Shown piece by piece: positions 1 to 11,985 of a stretch of DNA of 64,000 nucleotides. The position numbers were made by a program, and so were the translations under genes. The notes under the pieces were generated by a model. It saw only the letters and a program-made list of their open reading frames with translations. It was not told where the DNA came from and searched no databases. The DNA comes from Mobula hypostoma (lineage: Eukaryota). How positions within the stretch are numbered: the first letter of the stretch is position 1; each line of letters begins with the position of its first letter. The stretch is from positions 193,876,001-193,940,000 of the forward strand of contig NC_086097.1 in assembly GCF_963921235.1 (NCBI RefSeq), written 5' to 3'.

Positions 1-692
1 TTGCATAATACACTGCCAACAAAGATTTGTATCTGAAAGTTTACAAGTATTTTGCAGGTCAATACTGTCATTTCTCATTTACTGCACTACAGTAATAAAA
101 TTCTCCATTTTATTCTGGGGACGAATTCAATGAAACAAGTTCCTCCCCAGTTTAAATTCAAAAGTTTATCAATGTCGAGGGAACATGTTGATCCAAAGTC
201 AACTTTGTCCACTAGTTGTAGGTGCAAACAATGCAGCTAGTGAACAAAGTTAGCAAATGGCCAGGGGCAATAATGGCATTTTGAAAGTGGTAAATTTCAT
301 CCATGTCTGCCTTCACTGATTCTGAAAAGTAGTCTGTGTTCTCTCTGGACACTTGGAGAGCTTCTATTTTCAGGGCAGGGCACGCACCAGAAGATTCTTT
401 CTGTGTATGCTTCGGTGAAGAATTCAATAAGAAATGGAGCTCTGCTTCTGTGCACACGTGTATCCATCCACAATATTTACTCAGCTCTGTACTGAACTAT
501 GGGTCTAGGACACGCTTTGTGGACGTTAGTTCAGAACACTATTTGCTCGTGGTTATTATGTCTCTGCACATTAGGTGTCTGGTCCTTTTTTTATGGGTTC
601 TTAACGGTTTCTTTGTTTCATGGCTCCTGTTAGGAGACGAATCAAAAGGTTGTATAATGTATACATACTTTGGTTCAAAATACATTATGAAT

Positions 693-1444
693 GTTGAGGC
701 TGCTCATCCGATCCATCTGTTGATCTTGGGGTCTAGGGAGAGGCTGTCCGTGATGGTGGAGCCAAGGTATGTAAACTTGTGAACTACTTCCAGCTTGTAG
801 TTGTTGATGGTAATGGCAGGGGGGTGCTGAACACCTTGGCCCAACACGTTGGTCTTCTTCAGGCTGATGGTTAAGCTGAAGTCCTGGCAGGCTGTTGACA
901 AGCTGTCCCTGAGGCGTTGCAGTTGCTCTTCAGAGTCTGTTGCCAGTGCCGCATCGTCTGCAGACAACATGTCCCTGATGAGTACTTCACGAACCTTGGT
1001 TTTTGCCCTCAGCTGGGACAGACTGAACAGTCTCCCGTCCGATCTGGTGTGGAGGTAGACACTATCAGAGAGCACAAGGGCAGCCCCATCTTCGTTTCAA
1101 AGACGTTTTGCAAGAGAGACATGAAGTCATTCTTATTGAAAATGAACGTTGAGAGGCAGGAGGACATCGCAAGCAATCGTTCTCACTGGAGGCTGGAACT
1201 ACGCAGAGGTCTAAAAAGAGGAGAAGAGAAGCTGAGGCTTGCTGCTGAAGATAAGCGCACTCATCGGAAAAACAGCACCAAGACAACACTGGAGGACAGT
1301 GCCTTCGAGTGCAGTCGCTGCAGCTGAGACTGTCACTCGTGTGTGGGCCTCTACAGCCACAACAGACTCTGCTCTAACACAGACTGAAGCAAGACTTTCC
1401 TGGTGCAGATCCACGGTCTCACGAGACTAACGGATGCCACCTCC
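693..1444. mobile_element. RTE-clade non-LTR retrotransposon, 5'-truncated with a 5' inversion (693-~1068 on -, ~1069-1444 on +)
   Basis: The minus ORF 704..1075 encodes RTE RT motifs (YLHTRSDGRLF, LIRDMLSADDAAL, ISLKKT, FTYLGS). The plus segment encodes the RTE C-terminus (PHLRFKD, CKRDMK, CSRC, GLYSHNR). The direct repeat ACATTATGAAT flanks it at 682-692 and 1445-1455. Confidence 0.9.
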
Positions 1445-3274
1445 ACATTATGAATATGCTGTAGCACTAACAGCTTGAAACAGTGCTGCTTCTGGAACAG
1501 AATAATATGGGTTGAACAGTTCCCCATGTATCCTGTAGAATATCAGCAGTCCAGAGAGAAAATTTATGGAGGTGAAGTGCAGCATACTCAGAGAGAATAT
1601 TTACTTGGTGCCTCTCTAATTGACATGCTGTCAGCTCATTAGTTAGGCTCACAGTTTCCATGTCATCATGAAATATGCAGGATGGAGACTAGGTCCAAAA
1701 GAGAAATTGAGTAGGATGTCTCATGTTTTTGATTGAACTTGTAAATTCCTTTTGACCCCCAAGTTCATCGATCAAATTGCCATTGCCCTTTTAAAGGATC
1801 ACCAGTTTGGTTAGACTGTACAAAGTTATTGATTGATCTACATGGCAAACAATACACTTGCTCCCCTGGATGCAACTTTATTGCTCAACTATATGGATTG
1901 AATTATTATTATTATCTTCTTCTCGTGACAGGGGCAAATGTACTGTTTAATTGAAAGTATCTGAAACCAATTTGAATTCACTTGTGCCTTATCTAAGGTT
2001 TTTTTTAATGTGTGAAGTGGACGTCTTGTTTCATAATAAGAGAGCGATTGGTGTAGGTATGAAAGGAAATGGTACTGTAAATAGGGTAATAATAATGTCC
2101 TAATCAAGATTAACTGACTGCAGTTCAAAGTGAAACTGTTCAGAGATATTTTTGAAGTGCCACCACCCATAAATGCTAATCTGTTATTTGTAACTTCCTG
2201 TTCTTTTGTCTTCTTTATTTGAATCTAGTGGTTAATTATGAAACCTGTTTGTACCATACCTGATGCCCCAATTAAAAATCAACTGTGGAAGTTTTTCAAT
2301 TAATTGCCTACAATATATTTTAAAAGTTTCATTGTGAGAAACATAAGCTCTACAGCTTTTTCTAAGTATAGCATGCTACTGATTATTGGAGGTTTTGTTT
2401 TGCAGTAGGCCTACGTAAGCTAAATAACCTAGAATTTTTTTATATACATCAAACACAGTCAAATGCACAATTTGGAATTCCTTTGGCCATCTAGAAGCTT
2501 TGTAAGGTTGGGATCTCATAACCGAATCTCACTCTTCTGTCACGTGGAAAAGCTTGTGGTTGCTGTAACTGCGTAATGTACATTTACTGGACATGCCATA
2601 TATGGTCATTTCCTGTACAATCTGAATTTTTTAATAGCATGTGATATCTTGAAGGCTGCACAATGTTACAGGCAATGGAAAAGTAACTAGTACAAATGTG
2701 GGCTCACATCCTTTTATATTCTGCAATATTATTGGAAACGTTGAGAATAAAAATTCTTCCCAGTAATTTTCTGGAAAGTGGGTATTGTGTATTCAGAAAG
2801 CGGGTGGGTTTTACAGTGGGTAATGAGGGATTGACTGCATAATAGATCAAGTTAGAAACTGATTAAGTACTTGCAGAATGAATTTAACTGGAGCATTTTG
2901 GGCAGATTGGGAAATCACTTCACTAAATGCAAATTCCTATTTTTTTTATCATCTATTGGGATACTTAACTGATACTTTTGGATTTTATGTCACAACTGAC
3001 TTTCTGGAGCTCTTCAAACATGCTAACAATAAAGCAGCAATCTGGCATTTGCAACTGTTATTTTGTTTGACACCGTTTCTGAGCATTCACAGGAAACTTT
3101 GAAGAATTTTAAAGTGTTGATTGTTGACTTTGGTGGCTCTATTCTGTCCTGGCTTTGTCCCTTCTGAATTCAGCTGATTTCCACAAAAATAGTTGGGTGG
3201 GTCTTTGAGAACAGCTGGAGAGATAACTCTAAAGGTTTGAGTACTGCTGAGATTAAAGATTAAAGTCTGTCACG

Positions 3275-3390
3275 AGTCTTGTGGCCCATCAAACCAGTGC
3301 TTATGCCGGTTTCCATGGCGTGAAGCGACTGAGAGTACAAGACAAGACTCCCCCCCCCCCCCAGCCGGGTAGGATGCCAGTCTATCCTGA
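3275..3390 (-). mobile_element. SINE 3' fragment
   Basis: gtggcccatc...gcttatgccggtttccatggcgtgaagcgactgagagt...ggatgccagtc resembles the reverse complement of a tRNA-SINE 3' region. Recognised from memory only. Confidence 0.45.
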
Positions 3391-3549
3391 GGGGGTGTTC
3401 AATATACACTAGCTAATGTACCAAGTATAGTGAAGGTCTTCTGTGCAGTCCACAACGTTGCACATAGAAAATAGCGTGTTTGGAGGAGCAGGCTGATGCT
3501 GGGAGAGCTGTGTACAGTTAGAGTGGAGATTGAGATGCATCCAGTAATG

Positions 3550-4340
3550 TAGTAAGATCAAACAGAACAGTGCTGGAATAACACAGCAGGTTAAGTGGCA
3601 TCTGTAGAGGCAAAAAAGTGTCAATTGATCCTTCAGGTCAGAAGCTGCATCAGGACTGGGGAAGAGGAAAGATTGCAGTATGAAAGGGCAGGATAGAGGC
3701 TGGTAAACAATAGATCAAACCAGACAGGAAACGTGAACATTGAGAGTGGAAAACTAGGTGGATCAGTGAGTGCATGGGAGGAAAATGATGGTGACGTGTG
3801 CTACCTGAATATGCCATTTGGGTTGTAAGCTACCCAAGTGAGATATAAAGACATGCTTCCAATTAGCAATAGAGAAAACAGAACAGACAGGCTGGTGTGT
3901 GAAGAAGAATTAAAGTGGTGTACATCCGCAATATCAAGATGGCTGTTGTGGGCAGAGAGCAGGTGCTCTGCAAAATGATGGCCCAGTCTCTGTTTAATCA
4001 AGACAGAGGAGGCTACTAAAGAGTACCAAATGGAGTTGATTTGGTTAGAGGAGCTGTTTAGATCCCTAGATGGTGATGAGAATGTGCCAGTTAAAGGGGA
4101 AAGTGCCAGAGAACAAGTAGTAGTGGCTTGGGAGGGTAGAGCAGACCAGGGAGTTATGAAGTGAGTGGTTCCTGTAGAAATCAGGCTTGGTCGGTGGGGG
4201 GGGGGGCAGGAAAGAGGGGAAATTGTCATGGGTGGTGGAATCACTTTGGAGATGGTAGAAATAGGAGAGGATGATGTTGGATGAAAGTTGAAAACCAAGA
4301 GAACACGATTGTTCTCTTTGGTAAGGTAGGGAGGGAGAAT
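3550..4340 (-). mobile_element. Degenerate Penelope-like element (GIY-YIG region and 3' tail)
   Basis: The minus ORF contains NRVLLVFNFHP, KQRLGHHFAEHL and HHFNSSSH. The 3' tail is similar to 7140-7270. Confidence 0.7.
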
Positions 4341-4359
4341 GAAAGAAATGCTGACCTGT

Positions 4360-4740
4360 ATGTCATTTCCACTGCCACACTGGTTTGTCTGTCTTTTGCC
4401 ACCTCTATTGCAGTTGAAAGAACAAATTCTATGTTGGGCTTTGCAACCCATAGGTATGAACATAAAAATTTCCAGATTTGGCCAACACATACTTCTGGTG
4501 TTTTCTTCCCACACACGTTTGCCCTTGCACCTAGTTTTCTTCTCTCTGTGTTTACTTCTATTCTCCCTCCCTGGCATGAGTCCATCTGCTTTTCCTCTCT
4601 CCATCTAGTTCCACCCATTACCTATCTGTCTCTATCCCACACCTCATTTGTACTGCTTTATACTTTACTCTTTCTTCCCTATCATGATGTATGATTTAGA
4701 CCCAAAATTTCAACTTGATCTTTTTGACTGCAGAATATTT
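4360..4740 (+). mobile_element. Degenerate Penelope-like 3' fragment, inverted relative to its neighbour
   Basis: Aligns by eye with 6710-7180 (ctgtc...cctctattgc...gttgaaagaacaa...caaccc...tatgaacat, then a pyrimidine-rich tail and cccaaaat). Confidence 0.5.
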
Positions 4741-5907
4741 CTTATGAAACAATGGACGCAATTGGTGAGAGTCTAACATGCATGTCCACTATTGACATAG
4801 CACTTATGGTGCTTTTTCCTGCTAGCCTGGAGTTATTGTGGATGATGCTGCTGCTGGTTAGTATGATGCTGAATAGTCAAATTGGTATTTGTACTAAGCA
4901 GATGAGTGATACTTTATTCTTCTAGGTTATGACTTTCGTTACAGTTGAAGAGGCATCATTACAAATACCTGCAACTTAATTGGCTTCTTTCTTCTCGACA
5001 AGCTTTTCTTTCTACTCTTGTCCATAACCAAAATCTTTCTACAAGAGTGCCCAGTGCAACTGAAATGCAATCATCTTTCATTTATTGCTGCTTCAAGAAG
5101 CATCCTTCAAGAATGAGCAGTTTTGCAACCCTTGGAGGCTCCTGTGCTTTCTGACATGGTGATACTTATGGTCATGTGATGTTTGAGAGCTTGTTACTAT
5201 GAGTGTATGCAGTAGTGAATTGTTGTGTGATAATGCACCTTTTGTGAAAACCCTGTAGGTGATTTGAAGAATATGAATTGCCCCATCTGTTTACCGCTGA
5301 GAGCAAAGTTTGTTCCAGTGCTATGCTTCTACCCTTCTGTGTATAACATTATTGAACCTTAACATTCAACTTACATTTTCTACCTTTTAATCTTGAGACT
5401 TCAGCCACATCCTCTTTTAGATGCTTTTCAATGCCCTTAACAAAAATGACGACACCACCTCTCCACACACCCTGTCTTTGAGCATTTACTAAACACCGAT
5501 GCATTGAGAGGAACTTGAAAATGAAACCAAATGCCAATGATAAATTGTCCCTTGTTAATTCCTATTTGTTTGTTTTGGTTTTGCTTCAATTATCCACTGT
5601 CTTTGCTATTCCCAATGGTGCTGTTCTATTTAATTAACTGTCACTAATAAATATGTTGGATAACACATGAAAGCGCTGGCCCTTAAAGATTGCTTTTCTG
5701 AATAGTATATTCAAATTGATTTTTGGAATCAAGTCAATATTTGTGTCTCTTTGGTTGGTGTGAGATGATTAATATATTAGATAACCAATTTGTTAAAATT
5801 GTGATTTTTAAAATTAATTGTCTTTTATCTTGACATTTGAAAAGCTGAAGTACATTATTCTGTGTTTTCAAATATTTGGCATGGCATGAGTTACTTAAAG
5901 TGCTAAC

Positions 5908-6140
5908 ATGGCACAGTAGCAAAGTCGTTAATACAGTACTTTACAGTAGCATTGACCAGGGTCCAATTCCCAGCATTGTCTGCAAGGAGTTTGTATGCTC
6001 TCCCCACGGTCACGTGGGTTTCCTTCCACAGTCTAAAGATGCACGAGTTGGTAGGTTAGTTGGTCATTATAAATTGTCTAGTGTTAAATCAGGGGTTGCT
6101 GGGCCGTGTGGCTCGAAGGGCCTATTCTACACTGTATTGC
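5908..6140 (+). mobile_element. V-SINE (HE1-like)
   Basis: tRNA-like head with a B-box-like ggtccaattccc, a V-domain-like gagtttgtatgctctcccc...cgtgggtttcct, and a CR1-type tail (gaagggcctattct...ctgtatt). Confidence 0.7.
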
Positions 6141-6224
6141 AAGAAGAAAGAAATCTCACACCATTCTCCTGATGCCATTATGTGACTAGAAATTAAACTT
6201 TAAATAAGTCTGATAATTGACAAA

Positions 6225-7270
6225 AAAAGCTTCCCTTCCTCCACCATCAATGCTGCCCTCACCCACATCTCTTCCATTTCGCACGCATCTGTCTTCATCC
6301 CATCCTCCCACCAGGGATAGGGTTCCTCTTGTCCTCACCTACCACCCTACAAGCCTCTGCATCCAGCATGCAATTTTCTGTAACTTCCGCCATCTCCAAC
6401 TGGATCCCAACACCAAGCACATCATTCCCTCCTCTCCACTTTACACTTTCTACAGGGGCTGCTCCCTACGTGATACCCTTGTCCGCTCGTCCTTCCCCAC
6501 TGATCTCCCTCCTGGCACTTATCCTTGCAAGCGGAACAAGTGCCACACCTGTCCCTGCACCTTTTCCCTCACTACCATTCAGGGCCCCAAACAGAGCTTC
6601 CAGGTGAGATGACACTTCACCTGCAAGTCTGTTAGGGTCATCTACTGTATATGGTGTGTCCACAAAAAGCAGGATTTCCCCGTGGCCACCCATTTCAATT
6701 CTACTTCCCATTTCCATTCCGACATGTCAGTCCATGGCCTCCTCTACTGCCGCAATGAGGCCACACTCAGGTTGGAGGAGAAACATCTTGTATTCCATCG
6801 GGGTAGCCTCCAACCTGGTAGCATGAACATCAATTTCTTGTACTTCCAGTAATTGACCCCCCTCCTCTCCTTCACCATTCCCCATTCTTGTTTCCCTCTC
6901 ATACTTTCTCTTCTAACCTGCCCATCACCACCTCTTTCTCCCCCCTTCCCTTTCTTCCATTTGTCCTCTGTTTAGTTCCCCGCTTCTCCAGTGCTTTATC
7001 TCTTCCACCAATTGACTTCCTAGCTCTTTACATCACCCCCTCACCCTCTTCTGGTTTCACATATCACCTGCCATCTTCCTCTCTTCCCTCCCTCCTCTCC
7101 ACCACCTTATTCTGACTTCTTCCCCTCCCTCTTCCTTTCCAGTCCTGATGACGAGTCTCTGCCCAAAATGTCGACTGTTTATTCCCATCCATTGACGCTA
7201 CCTGACCTGCTAAGATCCTCCAACACATTGTGTGTTGCTCTAGATTTCCAGCATCTGCAGTACCTGTTGT
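6225..7270 (+). mobile_element. Penelope-like element, 3' part (disrupted GIY-YIG endonuclease region and tail)
   Basis: RDRVPLVLTYHP, a CKRNKCHTC motif, then HFTC..VIYCIWC, HFNSTSH and RLEEKHLVF. The YIG motif region appears deleted. Typical tail with a hammerhead-like motif. Confidence 0.85.
7141..7176 (+). ncRNA. Decayed minimal type I hammerhead ribozyme motif of a Penelope-like element
   Basis: AGTC-CTGATGA-[stem II]-AAAATGTC-GACT. Stem I (AGTC/GACT) is intact. GAAACGTC is altered at two CpG positions. Confidence 0.55.
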
Positions 7271-7854
7271 GTCTTAGTGTTTGTTTTAAAGAATGTTTCT
7301 CCTAATGAAAACAAAATAGTTTTATCAATTTCTCACCCTCTTTGAACAGTAGTTTTTTTTTTAAAGCCCCTTTAGAGTCTTTATTATTTTGGATAATGCT
7401 ACACATCATTTGGATAATACATCATTAAAGTGTTGAGAATTTAATGTTCCCTTGGGAAACTTGAGTTTTCTACTATAAAGCAAGCAGCTGTGATAGACTT
7501 CTGTATTATTACCATTTAATATAAGCAGTATTGGGACAATGACTGGAATTGGCCATTAAAAATCTGATATGTTACAGTAACTTTTTGATCTGTACACACT
7601 TTAAGTAGATTTGTTTTCATCCCACTGCTGGGGTTGAATTGTGGCAGGGTGAACAATCCTAGAGGCCAAATGATTTCAAATAATTGTCGGGGTCTTCATT
7701 CAGGTTTGTTTGGAGAAATCTCTGCCCGCTTATCATTAACGTATAACCTGCAGCACCAGGGGTCCCAGCACAGTTGGCCACTGGTATATGTACTACATTT
7801 AGGAATGCCTACCATTCCATGCCTAGACAGCATTTCGGGAAATCTGATCACTTG

Positions 7855-8110
7855 GCTGCCCTCCGACCTGCATACAGGCAGAGGCAAAAAACAAGGTTCC
7901 GGAGATGAGGACTACAAAGAGGTGGTCATAGGAAGCTGAAGAGTGGCTACAGGATTGCTTTGAGTCAGTGGACTGGAACTCAGTTCAAGAACTCAGGATC
8001 TAGATGAATGTACCACAGTTGTTATGGACAAGTGTGCCGAGCACATCTACACAAAATCATGTAGACTTCCCCAACCAGAAGCCCTGGTTGTAGATCCACA
8101 GCCTGGTATC
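7855..8110 (+). mobile_element. Rex1/Babar-like LINE fragment
   Basis: Encodes LQDCFESVDW and FPNQKPW, matching the region after the APE domain in the 9.6-12 kb element. Confidence 0.6.
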
Positions 8111-8159
8111 ACAGTAGCCTCTCTTAAAGTGCCATTCTTCTCTGGTGACTACAGTTAGA

Positions 8160-9087
8160 GGGGCAGCTGATCTAGGTAGTGTGGCTGTGGTTTCATTTTT
8201 TTTCCACTTTTACATGATGGACTGCACTGTGCTCTGAGGTACGTTCAATGTTTTTGAGATGGTCTTGTACCCTTCCCCAGATTTGTACTCTTTCCTTTCT
8301 CTATTATCATTTTCCTGACTTGTCTTGAATGCTCTTTTGTCCAGATTTTGGTTTGGTCTGTTGAAAAATTACAGGGAGGGGTATTTAATCTTATGAATTC
8401 ATTGAAAACAGGTGATCCTTCAATTTTATACAACAACAAATTGGGTGAGTTGGTAAGGGAATGCTATATATTACACCTGAGGAAAGTTAGTGTAGTAATT
8501 TTTTTAAATTTCAAAATACGCTTTATTCAAAAATAAAATTATGTACAATAAACCATTCAATAACTTCCCATCCTTTACATACATTTCCATTATAGTCTGT
8601 ACATATCCATACTTATGGTCACCCACATGGCACTCCAGTTGTTCACCTTACCACATCATTGTTGAGGGGTATACTCCCTGCCACCTGACCCCTCCCACTC
8701 CCGCGGCTGAAGAAACCTATACCGTGCTCCTTCCTCACCGGGCCTTTGCGGTGGCTGCACCGAGTTTCAGTGCGTCCCTCAGCACGTACTCCTGCAACCG
8801 AGAATGTGCCAGTCGGCAGCATTCTCCCACGGACATCTCCGTGTGCTGGTAGATCATCAAGTTTCGGGCCGGATGTTGGTCTCCGTTATGAATTCTATTT
8901 CAGCCTCCTAATTTTGGTTTTAATTTCTAGTAAATTGTTGAGAGGATTTGGAATTTTTCTTTTGATTGGACCATGCATAATGTTTTGTAGATTAGCTAAA
9001 AAATCTTACTTAAATATATTTTATATTTAGAAAATGAGGCAGTAAAATGTGAAAATAGTTGAGGCTGATTTTTTTTTCAATGCAGTG
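8160..9087 (-). mobile_element. Old Tc1-like relic interrupted by a Tx1/L1 fragment
   Basis: The minus strand encodes a Tc1 N-terminus-like stretch (TKEHSRQVRKMIIEK, then GEGYK in a shifted frame). There is a degenerate TIR-like end (tttttcaatgcagtg-ta) near 9087. Confidence 0.55.
8500..8860 (-). mobile_element. Tx1/L1-group retrotransposon 3' end
   Basis: The minus strand reads YQHTEMSVGECCRLAHSRLQEYVLRDALKLGAATAKAR, followed by a 3' UTR with AATAAA and an A-rich tail (T-rich on +). Confidence 0.7.
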
Positions 9088-9489
9088 TAAATCCTGTATG
9101 GGCAGCTAAAGAAAATTTGTATATCTGACTTGAAGAAAAATCAGGTTACAGATGTTTTTCATGAGCAGAACCCTAATGTAACCAGTCTTCCGAAACATTT
9201 GCACTTGTTATAAGCAGAATCTGTGTAGATCAAATTAATGAAATTCAGTTTCAGATGAGTAGGACTTGAATGCAGGATATGAATAAAATGTTACAATTGC
9301 AATTTAGTTGGAATAAAAATCCAGATGAAGATGAGTCAAATTACATATGTTACTATATGCTACCTTGGGATTCTTTTCTTGTAGGTATTTGCAGGAAAAT
9401 AAAGAAATACAACGGAATTTTTGAGAAGTTACACTTAAAGACTGGCAAATTGTGCAAATAAAATAAACATAATTAATACTGAGAATATT

Positions 9490-9597
9490 CCTTCAGTTAG
9501 TCCTGACGAAGGGTCTCAGCCCAAAACGTCGATTGTACCTCTTCCTAGAGATGCTGCCTGGCCTGCTGCGTTCACCAGCAACTTTGACGTGTGTTGC
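9490..9597 (+). mobile_element. Solo Penelope-like tail containing a hammerhead-like motif (9499-9534)
   Basis: AGTC-CTGACGA-A-GGG(tctcag)CCC-AAAACGTC-GATT, followed by gatgctgcctggcctgctg. Confidence 0.7.
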
Positions 9598-11985
9598 ATC
9601 CTGGCGGAGCCTTTATTGTCGCTGGGGACTTTAATCATTATAACCTACGTACCGTGCTTCCAAGATTTTACCAAAATGTATCATGCACCACAAGGGGTAA
9701 TAAAACCTTAGATTATGTCTACACAAATGTGGTTGACATTTACAAAGCCACTACCCTCCCCCACCTGGGTCAGTCCAACCATCTTTCACTGTTTCTGCTT
9801 CTCAAGTATAGCTCGGTCATTAAACGTGTGAAACCCACAATGAAGACTATTAAGATCTGGCTGGAGGGTGCTGACTCTGCTCTTCAGCACCAATTCCTGC
9901 ACACAGACTGGAGCACGTTTGCTGCCCATGCCACCACAGACTCTCAGATTAACATTGACTTGTATACCAACTCTGTCCTTGAGCACATCAAGTGTGTAGA
10001 TACAGTGACATCACAAAAACAAATAAAGGTTTTCCCCAATCAGAAACCATGGATGAACAGAGAAGTTCACCTCCTGCCCAAAGCTAGAGATTCATTCAGC
10101 CTTCAGGTCTGGAGACCGGGGGGCTTACAGCTCAGCCAGGGCCAACCTGAGGAGGGGAATCTCTCAGGCTAAACACACATACAGACAGAGAATCAAGGAG
10201 CATTTCAACTCCTCAGACCCCCGGCGCATGTGGCATGTCATACCGGTCATTGTAGACTTCAAACCGCCTAGTACAGTGCCCCCTTCCAGCTCTGCTCTCC
10301 CCCCCACCCCCGGATGAGCTCAAGTGCTTCTATGCTCGCTTTGACCGAGAGAACAAGGGGGTCACCCTCAAAGCGGATCTCCCACCTGCTGAACTGCCTC
10401 TCTCACTTTCCACCTCCGATGTTTACGCCACCCTGAGCAGGGTGAATGTACGGAAGGCAGCTGGTCCGGATGGAATACCTGGCCGTGTGCTCAGAGTCTG
10501 TGCAGGGCAGTTGGCCAGGGTCTTCATGGACATTTTTAATCTGTCCCTGGCCCAGGCAGTTGTCCCCACAAGCTTCAAGATCGCCACCATCATGACAGTG
10601 CCGAAGCATTCCACTGCCACCGGCCTGAATGACTTCCACCCAGTTGCATTCACCCCCATCACTGCAAAGTGCTTTGAGAGACTGGTTCTATCACATCTGA
10701 AATCCTGTCTGCCCTCTACCCTGGCCCCCATCAATTTGCTTATCGTAGCAACAGGTCAACAGAGGACGCCATCTCCACGGTACTTCACTCTGCCCTGACC
10801 CACCTGGACAGCCCCAACTCTTAGGTCAGAATGCTGTTCATTGACTTTAATTCGGCATTCAATACTGTGATCCCCTCCAAGCTGATCGCCAAACTTCGCC
10901 AGCTTGGTATCAGCTCATCCCTCTGCAATTGGACCTTCGACTTTCTGACTAACAGACCTCAATCAGTTAAGTTAGACAACCTCTTCTCCTCCACTCTCAC
11001 CCTGAACACCGGCGTGCCTCAAGGCTGTGTGCTGAGCCCTCTTCTGTACTCCCTTTTCACCAATGACTGTATTCCTGTACATGGTTCTAACTCCATAATC
11101 AAGTTCGCAGATGACACCACGGTGGTTGGCCTAATCAGAGATGATGATGAGACAGCCTACAGGGACGAGGTCCAGCACCTGGCCCTGTGGTGTGCCAACA
11201 ACAACCTGGTCCTTAACACCCAGAAGACCAAGGAGATCATTGTGGACTTCAGGCATGCTAGGAGCCAGACTCACATCCCCATCTACATCAATGGAGCTGT
11301 AGTGGAGTGTGTATCAGGCTTCAAATTCCTTGGTATCCACATTTCCAAGGATCTCGCCTGGTCCCTGAACTCCTCCATCCTGATCAAAAAGGCACAACAG
11401 TGCCTTTATTTCCTGCGGAGCATCAAGAGAGCTCACCTCTGTCCCAGGATAATGACGGACTTTTACCGCTGTACCATTGAGAGCATACTCACCAACTGCG
11501 TCTCTGTGTGGTTTGGCAATTGTCCCATATCAGACCACAAAGCACTCCAGCGTGTGGTGAAAACTGCCCAGTGGATTATCGGCACCCAATTGCCCACCAT
11601 TGAGAACATCTACCATAAACACTGCCTGGGCAGGGGAAAAGCATTATCAGGGATACACCTCACCCTAACCATGGACTTTTTACTCTCCTCCCATCCGGTA
11701 GGCACTACAGGAGCCTCCGTTCCCGCACCAGCAGGCACAGGAAGAACTTCTTCCCTGAGGCTGTGACCTTGCTGAACCTCACATCACAGCACTAAGCAGT
11801 ATTGCACCCATATTGTACTGTCTCAGTACTTCTATATTTGTGTGCTGTAGCACTTACTTTTTATTCGCAGTTATTTTGTAAATAACACTATTCTTTGCAT
11901 TTCTGGTCAGATGCTAACTGCGTTTCATTGGCTTTGTATCTGTACTCGGTACAATGACAATGAAGTTGAATCTAATCTAATCTAC
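9598..11985 (+). mobile_element. Rex1/Babar-like LINE, 5'-truncated (APE C-terminus plus RT; frameshifts and stops)
   Basis: AGDFNH, TLDYVYTN, LGQSNH (APE); [44 protein letters not shown] (RT); (tctaa)n tail at ~11971-11985. Confidence 0.9.

Noticed and set aside
52..782. Short ORFs at the window start
   Set aside because: No recognisable domain; they partly overlap repeat tails and antisense RTE.
5908..5980. tRNA gene
   Set aside because: It is a degenerate SINE head with no cloverleaf.
10831..11766. 311-aa RT ORF as an active or domesticated gene
   Set aside because: It is part of a 5'-truncated Rex element with upstream stops and frameshifts and a frameshifted C-terminus.
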